A stretch of DNA of 64,000 nucleotides from the human T2T-CHM13v2.0 reference genome, Homo sapiens, in the NCBI RefSeq assembly GCF_009914755.1, contig NC_060942.1. One strand, written 5' to 3'. Each line of letters begins with the position of its first letter. Positions within the stretch are counted from its first letter, which is position 1. The translations under genes were made by a program, and so were the position numbers. The notes beneath the pieces are model-generated. The model saw nothing but the letters and a program-made list of their open reading frames with translations. It was not told the DNA's origin and made no database searches. Below, piece by piece: positions 1 through 14,874 of this stretch.

Positions 1-289
1 ACAGAGCTTTGTCCTTGATCTCTAGACACTTTTAGTTTTGTTTGGAAAATAAGACATATAGGCATGGGATGACAATTAAAAATATAAGGCAATAAATGTT
101 GAATGTCAAATGATAGCATCAGAAACAGTTGCTGTGGAAGTCCACAGGCAACAGCAGTCTGGGGTCATATTTGGTTGTGGAAGCCTTGCCCACTGAATGT
201 TGTTTGTTTCACAAAAGGTTGCCTGATGAAATGGGAGAAAAGTGGGGTAAGTCATATTCCCTTGCTACTTGAGTGTGATTTGAGAGCTA

Positions 290-660
<371 letters not shown>

Positions 661-923
661 TAAAAAATAAGGCAATTAAAGGAAACCATTCATTCAACAA
701 AACTTTGTGTACCTTCTTGTGCTAGAAACTTTGTTCCAGTCACACACTAAATATATACAAGTACCCAAAGACAGTTTTGGATATTCAGTACTAGTGACTT
801 CATACTGATGGCTCTGAGGCCTAAGGGTCAAACAGATTTGTAATACTCAGGGGTGTCTCCTTCATCAACTAGCAAACCTGGGTCATCCCCAGAAGTGGGG
901 TAAATTTGTTAGAAACTCCTATG

Positions 924-1234
<311 letters not shown>

Positions 1235-1329
1235 CTATGGCGACAGAGTGATGCCCAGGGAAGGTGGAACTCTGTGCCGAAACAATGTTAGTTTTGCATT
1301 TGGTGTCCTACTGTCCTGACTGTCTATTC

Positions 1330-2200
1330 AGCAATCTATTTGACATTTCAACCTCTGTGTCTAACAGGCTTCTTAATAATAAACATCCAAAAGAGAAGTG
1401 TTAACTTTCTCCCGCAAATCTGTTTTGCCCCGATCTTCCTCTTCTTCATAAATGAGACTACCATCTGCCATGTTGATAAGCCAAAACTTAAAACTCATTC
1501 TGAAGTCTTCATCTGTCCTACCCACCACATGTAATCCAGGAGCACTCCCTGTCCATTCCACCTTCAGACTAGGATGCTGGCTATGTCCCCGTCGGGTCGT
1601 CTCCATGGGCACTATCGGCCGTCTTGCCTGGGGGATTGTGCTGGCCACCTACGGGGTCTTCCTGTCTCCACCCTTGCTCGTGTCCAAGCTCATCTCCATA
1701 CAGCAGCCAGAATGGTCGTAGACAAATGTCAGTCTCTCCATGTCATTCCTCTGCTTGAAACTTTAATGATTTCTTATTTATCTTCAAATAAAACTGAAAT
1801 GATCAGGCTCTGTTTGATTGGTCCTGTTGTTTCTTCCTCTTCCCCTGTTGCCCACCATCCTCCACCAAACTGACATTTTAAATTATTCCTTCAACATCCT
1901 CATGTCTTTTCTGCCTCAGGATCTTTGCATCTGTTACTTGGAATGGTCTAGAACTGTCTAGAGCGGTCTGCCTGACTCTTCACATGGTTGCCTTTTGATC
2001 TTTCAGAGCTCAGAGTAGCTGTGCTGACTTAGAGAGGCCTTCCCTGAAGTTCATCTAGCAGGCAACCCCAGCGTTCTGATGTACTTCGTGGCTCTGATGC
2101 CAACTACCAATCACATGAAGGGCTGAGACTTCATCTCTCTTGTTCATTTCTATTTCCCCAGCACACAGTGTGCTCCATACAAATATGTGACTGAATGAAA
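1330..2200 (+). mobile_element. L2 LINE 3' region
   Basis: Degenerate pyrimidine-rich L2 3' sequence ending in ...aaatatgtgactgaatgaa. Confidence 0.7.
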
Positions 2201-2762
2201 GTGTAGTTCTGGATTTGTGTGGCTTGATAATGTTTTTCCTTTTTCAGTGTAAATCTGAAATACTTTTTAATTCAATTAACCAAGTTTTAGAATAATGCTG
2301 CTATGCAGTTAACAGAGATTATTAACACAGGAATACACATTCTACCTCTGTATTTCATACAGGTAAAACAATGAGCCAGATGGAATTTGAATATAGGTGC
2401 CTCTAGCCAGCTGATCATATGGAGGACAGAGCTCATGCCCAGCACACAGCAGTCTCTGCAGTGTAGTCAAGCTTGCCACCAGATCCACTCAGACAGCACT
2501 GTAGCCACTTGGGTAGGGAGGAGTCTCCTCAATGGGCCTCTCTGGGTGTAGTGGAAGTAAGAGAGCCCTCTGAGTCCCTACGCCCTGACAGGAAGTACAG
2601 ATGAATCCTTACTTAAACAGAGAGGAGATCACTCCACTTTCCTTAAGTGGTTTAGATTGTTGGTTCCTTTTGAACTCTAAGGAATTGGGCAATGTTTTAA
2701 AAAATTATAAACTACCTGTTTCCATGTCCAACACAATACTGAAGAGTCTCATGCTTGGTGAT

Positions 2763-3065
2763 TGTGGGTGTGGCAGGTAGAATAATTCCAATGACATCTG
2801 CATCCTAATCCCCGCCCCTGCCTCAATCTGGAATGGGATCCCTTGCAAGGCAGACATGGTGAAAGACCTGAGATCGGGAGGTTATCCTGGATTCTCTGGT
2901 GGTCCTAGTGTCATCACAAGGACTCAATGTCATCACAAGGGTCTCTAAAGAAGTCAGAGCAGGAGAAGTAATGACAAAAGCAGAGTGTCAGAGTCAGATC
3001 GAGGCTTGAAAATGTTACACTGCTGGTTTTAAAGATGGAAGGAAGTCATGAGCCAAGGAAAGCTA
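2763..3065 (+). mobile_element. MaLR LTR fragment (MLT1D-like), 3' truncated
   Basis: tgtggcaggtagaataat...catcctaatccc...gttatcctggatt...tcatcacaagggtc...gaaggaagtcatgagccaaggaa. Confidence 0.7.
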
Positions 3066-3081
3066 CAGTTTTCCTTGATGA

Positions 3082-3223
3082 CCCTCCCACCTTAGCCTCC
3101 TGAGTAGCTGGGACTACAGATCCCAGCTCACTTGAGCCTGGGATATCGAGGCTGCAGTGAGCTATGTCTGTGCCACTGCACTCTAGTCTGGGCAAAAGAG
3201 TGAGACTCACAAAAAGGAAAAAA
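3082..3223 (+). mobile_element. Truncated AluJ right arm with inverted 5' segment
   Basis: 3082-3119 is antisense Alu; 3120-3223 is sense Alu ending in an A-rich tail. Confidence 0.8.
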
Positions 3224-3829
3224 TGACCATTTTATGTAGTTTTCTAGAAGATAATGAAGAATCCGTCTGTGGGACTTGATTCCTGTTTTCTTCCTGGAAA
3301 ATGGTGTGGAGTGATAGATGGATGGTTTATTGCAGTTAGAAAAAACTGCTCCTGCTTTCCTACCACCTTGTGAGCATAGCTGTGGAAAGGGGAATTCTCA
3401 GCAAGCGTCAGAGCTCAGTGCTTATGATACAGTGAGAGCTATAGCTGACATTTAAATACTTTTTCATTTTTCATTTTAAACCACCCTGTAAGCATTCACT
3501 AATTAATCCTCATCAGGCACTGATGTGAAAGAATTACCTTCAATATTCTGCAGATGAAAATAGTTCATGCAGTACTTCAGAAAGTTCACCTGATGATGGA
3601 AAGGAGGAAATGTGTCTCTTGCCACACCTACTGCTGTATTTTAAAGCAGTCGTTCTCAAGAGGGACCTGGTGCTATCAAAAGGCACCTATGTAACCATAC
3701 ATATGAATACGTCAAGTGGATACTGCTTCCCGCTGTCCGTGCAGCAGCATCATCATCACAGTGCACACTTGATCCACATGCTGTGTGCCACACACGTGCA
3801 TGCCCTATACCCCCATTACACCCTCCTCT

Positions 3830-4655
3830 CTCCCTTCAGAAGCTCCCACTCTAGGCCAAGCCCCATCATTTCTCCCCTGGGCTAAGGCAGTGAACCCCTG
3901 ATAGATCTGCCTTCTCCCTTGCCCCCAACAGTCTCTCCTAGCAGCAGCCAGAGTGATCTTGTAAAAACTTAAATCAGATCAATGCCACTCTTCTGCTTCA
4001 ATCCTATCATGATTTTTCATTTCCCTTACAGTAAAGTTTCTTCTTCTTACCTTGACTTCTGTTATGAACTGATCATTTATGTCCCCCCAGAATTCCTATG
4101 TTGAAACCTAACCCCCAGTGTGAAGGTATTAGGAGATGGATGGGGCCTTTGGGGGTTGAATAGGTTGTGAGAGTGGAGCCCTCATGAATGGGATTAGTGC
4201 CCTCATAAATAGAGTCCAGAGATCTCCCATGCTTCTCTTTCTGCCATGTGAGACTACAACAAGAAGACGACAGTCTACAACCTGGAAGAAAGCCCTCACT
4301 GGAACCTGACCATGCTGGGACCCGATCTTAGACTCCAGCCTCCAGCACTGTGAGAAACAAATGTTTGTTGCTTAAAAGCCACTTAGTCTATAGTACTTTG
4401 TTATAGTACCCTCAAAGGACTACAGTAGCTTCAAAGCCCTGCAGTGTCGGGTCCACACCAGCCTCCTGAATGCTGATCCTGGCTGATTACATCCAGCTAC
4501 ACTGGCCTCTTCCTCTTTTCTGAATGTCCCAGGCCTATACTCACCTCCAGACCTTTGCACTTGATACTCCTCTGGTCTTCCCATGACAGCTCCTTCACTT
4601 CTCAGCTCAGACGTCAGCTCCACAGAGAGGCCTCTCCTAACAATCCCATCTACAG
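3830..4655 (+). mobile_element. L2 fragment interrupted by a MaLR LTR
   Basis: L2 motifs (cagcagccagagtgatctt...aaatcagatca; acctttgcacttg...cagagaggcct) on both sides of 4059-4422. Confidence 0.65.
4059..4422 (+). mobile_element. MaLR solo LTR (MLT1A/MST-type)
   Basis: tgttatgaactg...aattcctatgttgaaacctaaccccc...ccagcctccagcactgtgagaaacaaat...tactttgttatag. Confidence 0.85.
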
Positions 4656-7270
4656 GGACTGGGTATCTAATGTAAGTACCATAGTGACTAATAAAATGAA
4701 AATTAATTTGAAAATGCTGCCAAAGTCATAATTGGTTGCAGTCATTTGGAATGCTTTTTCCAATTAACAGTGGTCTATGAAAGTTTTTGATGTTAAAATG
4801 TGGTCCTGATACTTGAAAGTTTGTGAAAAGGATGAATTCCATCATGAAAGGAAAATAACTATTACATGGGGGCACTATATTTTTTAAAATGCTACATGAT
4901 ACAAAAAGATGACACTAGTGTATGCTGAGACAGTTGTTCATTATACATTTCTGGAACATTTCCCAAAACTACATACTGACTTTAATGTGGTAATGACGCA
5001 AACACCTAGTTTAGAGTCAGGCGTTGATTAACGGTAGTTCCTTACTCCTTGGATATGAGAGAATTTGTTTTCCTAAGCTTCTCAAAGTCGCAGGAGACTC
5101 TGCATTTGTTTATCAAGACTTAAGAAAGTATCATGGCAACACAAATAGGACCTATAAAAAAGAGAAAATTTACTATCAGTCTCACTGCAGGCAATTTAAC
5201 TATCAGTCAACTTGTGAGACAAAATGTATCATTCTCTAAAATTTCCATTTGGGGAGCAAATCAGTTTATTTGTTATGTCAATAGAATGTGAGACTGAACT
5301 CTTATAAACTGCAAAAAGATTTGATGGTCTCTGACAAAAAAAATGAAAAAGCTGTAGAAAAATAAAATGATTTGAAAAATCCAAAACTTAGGAGAAATGT
5401 ATACTGTAGAATGGGAAAATGATGTGTATAACCTCATGGTCTTTCTAAGGAGTGTGTCCCTGTGATCCAGTGGTGCTATTGTGCGTGGAGCACTTCAGTG
5501 CATTAGGGAGCAGGACCTGGAGTGAGTGGAACTGCTCTGCAAACCTGCAGGAAGAACTGGGGGAAAGAATTTGAAGGGTGGCACAGGAAGTATAAGAGGT
5601 GGGAATGAGGAGAAGAAGCTGGGTAATGCATGGGTAAGGGGTCAGTGAGAAACCTCCTTGATAGGAGAGGGTGGAGAAAGGGTGGACAAGGGATATTTAA
5701 GGACAGGAATACATACTGTGGGATACTAAGTTGTTGGAAATACACTGAATATATGACCTTCCCTAATGGTCCTCCAACCTTCAATACAGTTGGCTTTGCA
5801 TAATTGTGTATGGGTATGGGTGTGTGTAAACCAAGAAAGGGCCTGAATTTCATGTCTGTTTAGCAAAACAAGGGGAAAAGTGGCCATGAGAATACAAGCC
5901 CTTGGAGGTGCACAGGGACCTCAATCTAATCCAATACAGTTCTTACAGAGGCCACGAAGTCACAGTGATATCTGGATTATGGCTCCTTAGAAGCCTCCAG
6001 GGGTCGTGGGTGGGAAGATGTAGTGAAGAACTTATTTTAGTGTATTCTGATACTGAAAGCTGTTGGTTTTCAGCTGAGGGTAATATTTAATTGGGAAGCC
6101 ATAGCTTTTATCTTATTGTTATACACGTCTTTATATGGAAGACAGATGGTCTTTAATGCTGCACATCAATACCAGAACATTTTTCACTATAGTTTTATAA
6201 AATTCCTACCTGTACATATGTTCAGAAATAATAGAGACATAAATTTAGTTTCACTGAAGAAAATTCCCTAAAATGTGATAGGATAATGGTTTCACAAACA
6301 TTTGAGAAATAGCTGTAAGTGGTGAGCAGAGAGATGTTAGTCTTTCAGAAGTTATTGGAATTTTCAGTTTGATGCCAAGCTCAGAGGAATATAAATGGCA
6401 GCTATGAAGTCATCATATTTTAAATTTGATTGTATTATTCCACATAGCACATTTTTTTCCACATAGCACATTTTTATTTAAGTAGGGGAAAACAGATTTG
6501 AAGTAATCTGATTAAAAATCATATCCTGGGGCATCACCTGAAAATATTGAAACCCACCTGTATGAGAAGTGGAAAAGGGACTTCATCCTGGGCCTTAGTC
6601 TGAATTTTGATTCTGCAAGCTAATGTGGCTCTTTATTAAGATAACTTGAGGCTTGTAATATCTTTAGTTTTCAACAAGTTTATTTCATATACATTTCATA
6701 TATTTTAAATGTGTCCTTTGAATACGTTATTATGAAATGTTATATGAGAATGTCAGTCTTCTGATAAAAAGCAAAGAAGGTTTAAGTTTTGTGTTCTGGG
6801 AAGATATGACTCAGGGACTTGGAGAGAAATCTACTGAGCAAACAAATATAGATAGTTATGAAAAAACAAGGGGCAATTATATCTCCTTTCCTCTAGGAAG
6901 AAATAATTCTACTTCCTATAGTATATGATGGCAACGGTAATCTGTACAACTTTCTGGAAATATGCTGCTAACAAGTTAACATTGAAAGGGACCATTGCTT
7001 ATGTGGGAAATGAAGCCTACATGTTGGTTGCAGTTTGCAATGAGTCATCATGATCTATCAGTGTTGAAAATTAGGGTATGTTGCTGCTTTACAGAGCATC
7101 TTTCTGGAAATATGCAGTTAACGAGGTAACACATCTGTGGTGGTGGGGACATTTCTTTAAGAGGAAGATAAAGGGAGACAGTGATGAAACTCTCTGTGCT
7201 TTCCTCTCCTTTCTCCTGCTTCCCTTGTCTCTTTCCCCTCCCCCGAGTTAGTTCCTTTTTCCCTGAGTAG

Positions 7271-7274
<4 letters not shown>

Positions 7275-7362
<88 letters not shown>

Positions 7363-7370
7363 TACACATG
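7275..7370. repeat. Compound (CT)n(CA)n microsatellite
   Basis: Directly visible dinucleotide runs. Confidence 0.97.
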
Positions 7371-7517
7371 CACCTGTATTTGCTCAGTCTAGGAAAGCTT
7401 AGGCCAAAGGTTTAAAGTTATATTCAGGCTGAAACTCTTTCTGTCTTGTACTCATGGAGGTTATGAAAATGATCACAAAAAAATGTGAAGCTCATTTCAA
7501 ATAAAATGCTATGTCTG

Positions 7518-7983
<466 letters not shown>

Positions 7984-8299
7984 TCATCACACTCACCATC
8001 ATTACTCAAGATCCTACACTTCTTTCCCTTCAAAGACATCAAAGTAGCTTGAAAAGAAACACTGCCTATCTGGAAAATGAGGCCTACATGTTTGTTGGAG
8101 TTTGAAATGAGTCATCATCATCTATCAACATTGAAAATTAGACTATGTTGTTGCATTATTGAACCTGACAGTACAATAAAAGTGAAAAAAAAGAAGCAAG
8201 TTATTTGCATCACTGGAGTATGGTTAATGTAGTCAACACATGCTTTTTCAACATTTGCATCAAGTCAATGCTTTCGGGCTTCCGATTCTGATAAGGATG

Positions 8300-8515
8300 G
8301 GTTTTATTTATCAAAAACCTACTATGTGCCAGATACTCTATGTGACACTTGGTATACTTTGCCTTACAAAACCATTGCATCCTTCCTTTAGGATTGACAT
8401 ATTATCTTCACCTTATAGATGAAAAAAACTGAAGCTTGAGGATGCTAAGTGCCTGGCCCTGGTTGGGCCACTAGTTGATGACAAAGCAGGTGGATTTGAC
8501 TCCATAGTCTGGTCT
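8300..8515 (-). mobile_element. MIR SINE
   Basis: cctactatgtgccag...ttatagatgaaaaaaactgaagcttgag...aagtgcctggccc core. Confidence 0.75.
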
Positions 8516-9137
8516 TTCCTATGATGTTCCCCCTTGATAAGGAAAGGAATGCTGAAACAAAAAATCTGTGGAATGGTCAAGATATTAACCACCAGCCAGG
8601 GAGTGATGTGGGAGTGGTATTTATTTTGCTATAGATAAAGAATTTGCTTAATAGGAAACCAAAGGTAGAAAAAAAAGATTGTTTCTCTAGACAGAAAAAT
8701 TTTAAGAGTTCGTTTAATTGTTTCATAAGTGATTTGGATTGGAGAGTATACAGTGAGATCTCCAAAATTAAAGATGGAAGTGAAATGTCAAACTGACAGG
8801 GATAAACCATAGTAAGATCTCATGAGATTTCCTGAGTGGGTAGAGAAGCAGAAAATGAGCTATGGCGTGGGCAACTGCAAGGCAATATAGTCGGACAAAA
8901 TAATATAAGCTTTGCTGATGACATCTCTTGGTTTCAATACAGGAATAAAAGCTTGACATCGATGTAAAACATTATGAATATATAGCATATTTTTAAAAGA
9001 TGCTTTAAATTCATTATTTTTTGACCTTCATAAGGAATCAGGGAGAAAAATTACTTGTTACTAATCCCATTTTATAAAAAAGTAAAGACGCAAGTTGCTT
9101 CAGTGACTTTCCCATCTGGTAGTTAGTAAAATAACTC

Positions 9138-9523
9138 TGTGTTAGGCTATATTTCTATAAAGAAATACCGAACAATGGGTAATTTATAAAGAAAAGAGGT
9201 TTAATTGGCTAATGGTTCTGCAGACTGTACAGGAAGCATGATGCTGGTATCTGCTTGGCTTCTGGGGAGGCCTCAGGAAACTGACAATCATGTTGGACGG
9301 TGAAGAGGGAGCAGGCATGTCACATGGCAAGAGAGAGAGGGAGGGTGCCACACACTTTTAAATGACCAGATCTCACACGAACTCGCTATTTTGAGGACAG
9401 CACCAAGGAGATGATATGACATCATTCATGAGGAATCCACCTCCATGATCCAATCAGCTTCTACAGCCCCCACCTCCAACACTGGGGATTACATTTCAAC
9501 ATGAGATTTGGGCAGGAACATCA
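9138..9523 (-). mobile_element. MaLR solo LTR (MSTA-type)
   Basis: ataaagaaatacc...gggtaatttataaagaaaagaggtttaattggct...ggggattacatttcaacatgagatttgg. Confidence 0.9.
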
Positions 9524-9649
9524 AGCTCTAACTAGAAACCAGTAATGCAGATTCACAGCTCATGCCATTCCTACTCCTGTAGATTCTTCTATAGGGCCAT
9601 AAAGCCAGTAATTTCAGGTTATTAAGAGGAGACATTATCATGTCTTTAT

Positions 9650-9890
9650 TATATTGAGGCTTTGGAGTCTGACATCCTGGACTTGAAGCCCATTTTTCCA
9701 CTTGCCAGAATACTTATATAAAACAAGTTATTTAAATTCTGGAGAGTATTTATTTACTCTCATTTAAATGTTGATATAGGAGAGCACCTGCCTCACAGAA
9801 GGTGTTTTAAGTATTAAGTGAAGTAAGATATAAAAAGACTAAGAAGAATGCCTGGCACACAAATGTTGAGCAAATGTTAATTTTCATTGT
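9650..9890 (+). mobile_element. MIR SINE
   Basis: ggctttggagtctgaca...caagttatttaa...cctcacagaaggtg...gaatgcctggcaca. Confidence 0.65.
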
Positions 9891-9989
9891 TGTAAATGGG
9901 TAGGATGGTGCAGTAAACTCAGACTTTGAAGTATTCTCTGTGCTCTAAGCATACAGAAATGATTGACAAAATAGAAGATAAAATAGAAG

Positions 9990-10125
9990 AAGGATGCAGT
10001 GGTGTACTTTTGTAGTTCCAGTTACTCTAGAGGCTGAGGTGGGAGGATTTCTTGAACCCAGGAGTTGGAAGCCAGCCTGGGCAACATAGAGAGACCTTGT
10101 TTCCAAAATAAATAAATAAAATAAA
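9990..10125 (+). mobile_element. FLAM (free left Alu monomer)
   Basis: Single Alu arm ending gccagcctgggcaacatagagagacc with an (AAAT) tail. Confidence 0.85.
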
Positions 10126-10129
10126 AGGA

Positions 10130-12900
10130 AAAGGCAAATAACCAAAGCTGGCTTACAATTCCCTATGAAATTTCCCGAGACCAGAAATGGAATAACAATG
10201 TAAAACAGCAGTTAGGTTGGAGATGTGGGTTCACTGCTTTTGGGATTGGAAGCAGGCAGGGGTAGGTGCAGTCTGGTTCCTGCAGAATAAGGGAGACCAA
10301 AGCCCTTCACCTGAGGTGGAGTCTAGCACCAACGTCAGTGTTTGAAGCCTGGGTGCTAACCCATTTCTCATGAGGAGAAGCTGTAAAAAACTGCTGCTAA
10401 CATCTACAGCTTACGTAACCAAGGGGGATTGCAGGCATAGTGGGACAACACGGAGCCTCATGAAATGTCCTGTTGACCAGGAGACAGAAATGAAGATAAT
10501 TATACTGAAAAGCAGGTCTGGATAATAATATAAGACCTAACTTTGGGCTGTGGCTCAGACAGGTGGATGAGGGCAACTCCTAAACTTCTAGACAGGAAGT
10601 TTGGAGCACAGAGGAAGGGAGAAATCAAAACAAAACAACCAAACTAAAACTTCGAAATAATCCTGCAAATCTTTCAAAAGACTTTTTGGTTTGTAAAATT
10701 CACAAAGACATTTGATGCTAACAACAAAAAAATTGATAATTAACATGAATTAAGTCCAGAAGTTAAAACAGTCTATCAGTCTGAGAAATATATTAAAATA
10801 GGTATATTTAGTATGCCCATAATACTCATAAAAAGAACAATATGTGAAAGAAAAAGAGGCAAAAATAAAAACAAGGTCATCTAGCTATACTAACATTCAG
10901 TTTGAAATTCTGGACATAAAAAAATGTTATTAATATTTTTAAATGTAATAAACAATTTAAACAACAGGCTGGACACAAATAAAGAATCAATGAACTGGAG
11001 AGTAGTGCTGAAAGAATTACCCTGGAATGAAGCATAGAGAGCCCAGAGTAAAATACGAAAGAGAGGTTCAGATACACGGTGGATAGACTGATAGGCTCCA
11101 ACAAATGTCAGTTGAAATTTCAGAAGAGAAGCAAGAGGGAATGGAAGAAAACAATATTGAAAGAGGTAATAGCTAAAACCTTTCCAGATTTTAAGAAATG
11201 TGTCCACAAATTGAAAGTACTTATTAAATGCTAATAAAGATAAACTAAAATAAATCTATAACTTAACGTCAGAATGAACATGTAGACAATCAGAAATAAA
11301 AAATAAAATCCTAGAAACTACCAGGGAGAAAAAAAAGATTTTTTTTTTTGTATGTGACTATTCATGGCAGCTTTATTAATATTAACCCCAACTATCCATC
11401 AACTTATGAATGGACAAATAAAATGTGATACATCCATATAACGAATAACTACTCAGCAATTTAAAAAAGGTGCAAGCTACTGATATATATAACAACATGA
11501 TGAATCCCAAAAGCATTATGCTGAGTAAAATAAGGCAGACACAAATGAGTACATGCTATATGAGTTCATTTATATGGCATTCTAGAACAAGTTATCTACA
11601 GTGACAGCAGATCAGTGCTTGTTGAGAGCAGGAGGTGGAGGCAGAGTCAACTGCACACAGCAGAATAAAACTTTCTGCTGTGATGGAAATGATCTATCAT
11701 TGGTGTGTGAGTTACACAGGGATAAACCTTTAAGACAGATTATTGGCAAAGATATGATACAAAGAGAGATTTCTCATCAATGATAAATGCCAGAAAACTG
11801 GATTTAAAATTTCAAAATACTAAGGGATATCATTTTCAATCATGAATTTTATACCCATCTAAATTATCATTCAAGATTGAATGCAAAATAATAGAGACAT
11901 TTTTATGCATAATAAAAGGAGAGTTAACCAAGCACAGACCTTCACTGTTAAAGGTTGTATCTATTCAAGAAGAAAGGAAATCCAAGCGACAGAAAAAAAA
12001 GCAATAAACATAGGAATTAATAAAATATGCTAGTAAACGTAATTAACAATAGATTATAAAGTACAAATAACTACAGCATATGATTTCAGTAAAGCAAAAG
12101 AACCCTAACTCTAATTAGTCAAATATGCAAGTTTATAGTTTGGTGTGTATGTTATACATTTAAAGTCATTACGAAAATACATGAATCTGCACATGGGATA
12201 AAATCACACAGAAGTGAACACATACACACGAATGCATGTAAAAACGATGAAATCTGCATAAGGTCACTGGATTTTAACAATGTTGATATCCTGGTTGTGA
12301 TATTATCCTTACAGTTATGAAAGATACTACCACTGAGGAAAATTAAGTGTTTACAGGATCTCTCTGTATTATTTCTTACAAGTCCATGTAGATCTATAAT
12401 TATCTCCCAATAAAAAGTTAAAAATAATATAAATATAACTCTAGTTTCCATACTTTCCATGGAAGACAAAAGTTGGGGATATAGAAAATCCTATCAATTC
12501 AACAGAAGACAGGAATGGGGAAGTGAAGAAGCAGATGAAAAGGATGATAACAGAAAAAACAATGTGAAATGTAGGTATAAATTCATATATAAGACGAATT
12601 ACAATGATGGATTATCTCTATCCATTAGCTTAAGATAAAGACTATGGGAATGAATTAAAAACAAAATCCAACCATATGCTACTTTAAAAGGACATATAAA
12701 ACAAAATGATACAGATATGTAGAGAAAAAAGGTATACTAGGTAAATAATACTGACCAAATTTTAAAATATAGCTGATGTAGCAGCATTAATATGAGGCAA
12801 ATAGAATTTAAGGGGAAAATTATTAACAGCAAAACAGTGATAAAATATATAATCAGATAAGAAGCTGTAGCAATTGTGAACTTTTTGATATAGAAATTAG
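10130..12900 (+). mobile_element. Old L1M LINE remnants (5'/ORF1/ORF2-start region with nested L1 3' UTR pieces at ~11350-11730 and ~12150-12430)
   Basis: A-rich strand; ORF1-like aatattgaaagaggtaatagctaaaacctttccag and gaattttatacccatctaaattatcattcaag; endonuclease-like aaatccaaccatatgctact; 3' UTR-like tgaatggacaaataaaatgtgatacatccata. Confidence 0.75.
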
Positions 12901-13349
12901 GGCTGAAAGACAGACATGATTAGCATTTATAAAACTATGTTCATGAGCTTTAGTTTTATTCAATTTAATAAATTGTATTAAACTCCTGGCTAAGCACTCC
13001 CTTGAAATTTTAAAAGCTAGACTTAGGAAATTGTTTTATTTATATGTAGAGTTAAAATTTGGCTGACATGGTTCATCTTGGCTGAAAAAATTAGTATAGT
13101 CTAAAATTTTTAGTTAGATAAATGAAATACAAAACCACATTTGTTATTAAGAAAGTTTTGTGTGTATATTCTTAACCTTTAGGGTTAGAATTAAAGAGAG
13201 TGACCAAGCTCTTCTATAACATCTATTTGTTCCAGTGTCAGGAGCAGCAGGTTGTTGTAGATTATTTTTCTGACACAACATACATTCATTATGTCATCTA
13301 ATTTACAGTGAAAGTATGTGAACTGCAAAGGTTTATTCAAAATGACCTT

Positions 13350-13707
13350 GCTGTGGTCTGATTGTTTGTGTTCATGTCAAAATTATTATGTTGAAATTCC
13401 AATCCCCAAGGTGATAGTATTAGGAGATGGAGCCTTTGCAAAGTGATTAGGTTATGAGGGCTGAGCCCTTGTGATTAATATCAGTGCCCTAATAAAATGG
13501 AGCCCAGAGAGCTGGGTCTTTCCTTCTGCCATGTGAGGTTATAGTGAAAAGACTGCCACCTAGGAAGCAGGCCCTCAACAGACACTGAATCTACTGATGT
13601 CCTGATCTTGGACTTCCCAGCCTCCAGAACTGTGAGAAATGTTTCTTTTGTTTATAAGCTACTCAGTATGTGGTATTTTGTTATAGCAGCCCAAAAAGAC
13701 TAAGACA
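13350..13707 (+). mobile_element. MaLR solo LTR (MLT1A-type)
   Basis: tgtggtctgattgtttgtg...atgttgaaattccaatccccaaggtgatagtattagg...ttatagcagcccaaaaagactaagaca. Confidence 0.88.
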
Positions 13708-14183
13708 GACCTTTTGGTATTGTTATTATGAATCCAGCTGTCTTTTCTGAGAGGCTGAATTCTGAAAGCCCAACACGTTCTGGGTTAAAGACAGACATTC
13801 TGGAGTCAGGATAACAGAAATACGTGGAAGCAGGGATACAGTACCCCTCACACAGCACAGTTGATGGCCTCTTTTGTCTGACATGGAAAGAGCCTATTGT
13901 GCACCTTTTCTTACCAGGCTGACACACTCAAACCTGGGAGCTTTTTTTATAGCTTTTGTTGGGATTATTATTGTGCATAAGTCATACCAATGAGGTACAT
14001 ATAACCTTTCAGAGTAGGTCTTTCAATTAATTAAATTTAAAAGGCCAGCCTTCTCATGATGAATGAGAACCCTTAGTGAGCCCCCATCCATGCCTCTTCT
14101 CTCTGATGTAGGTACAGGGATTAGGCTGGGGAGGAGGGAGTGGCAGGGCCTTGGTGAAATAGTACAGATGTCCAGGTATATGC

Positions 14184-14186
<3 letters not shown>

Positions 14187-14218
<32 letters not shown>
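14187..14218. repeat. (CA)n microsatellite
   Basis: Directly visible. Confidence 0.95.
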
Positions 14219-14220
<2 letters not shown>

Positions 14221-14874
14221 CATGCACACCACTTGCAATACACCTACCAGAAAGAGATTGTTTTAAAAGACAAACTAAATTGACTTGCAACAAGCTCTCA
14301 ATTGTTTTAAGCTTGTTCCCAGTGTTGTGGGTCACCAGACCTGTACATGTTTGCACTTCGTAGTTAGGTCCTGGGGAAACAAAGCACAACAAAGAACAAT
14401 GGAGTATCCGATGCAAAAGGATTTGGACCAAGCAAAAGACAAATCTTCAGGTGTTTGACCCAAGTTCAGATACTGGCACATTTCTCATTCTATACCTACC
14501 TTAATAAAATCTCACACCTTGCAGGAGCTAGTTGAATGACCCCTGAGGGATTAATGGTCTATAATTCTGGGGTTCTGGCTCTCCTGATACAATCACATCA
14601 GCCTGGCTGGCTAATGGAACTTCAGAAGGTTTTGCAAATATAGTACCAAAAGTGGATATATTTTATTAGCTGGTTGACTAGCCTTATATTTGTGTATATT
14701 TTTTTCCTTCTCTCATGCTTTACAAATAATTCTTAGTGCTTCGTGTCACTTTTCTAAATCTTGGCCTCATGTTTCTGAAAGAAGCTTGTGTGCACACACA
14801 CACACATGAGCCCATCTTCCTCTGCAGTTTGCATACTTGCTTTTTGGATGTCCACAAAAGGACAGCCTTAGAAT

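Noticed and set aside
2909-2940. tgtcatcacaagg repeated with a 19-bp period
   Set aside because: Small slippage duplication inside a decayed MaLR LTR with no functional cue.
10877-11207. Hydrophobic minus-strand ORFs
   Set aside because: Antisense translation of an A-rich decayed L1 ORF1 region.
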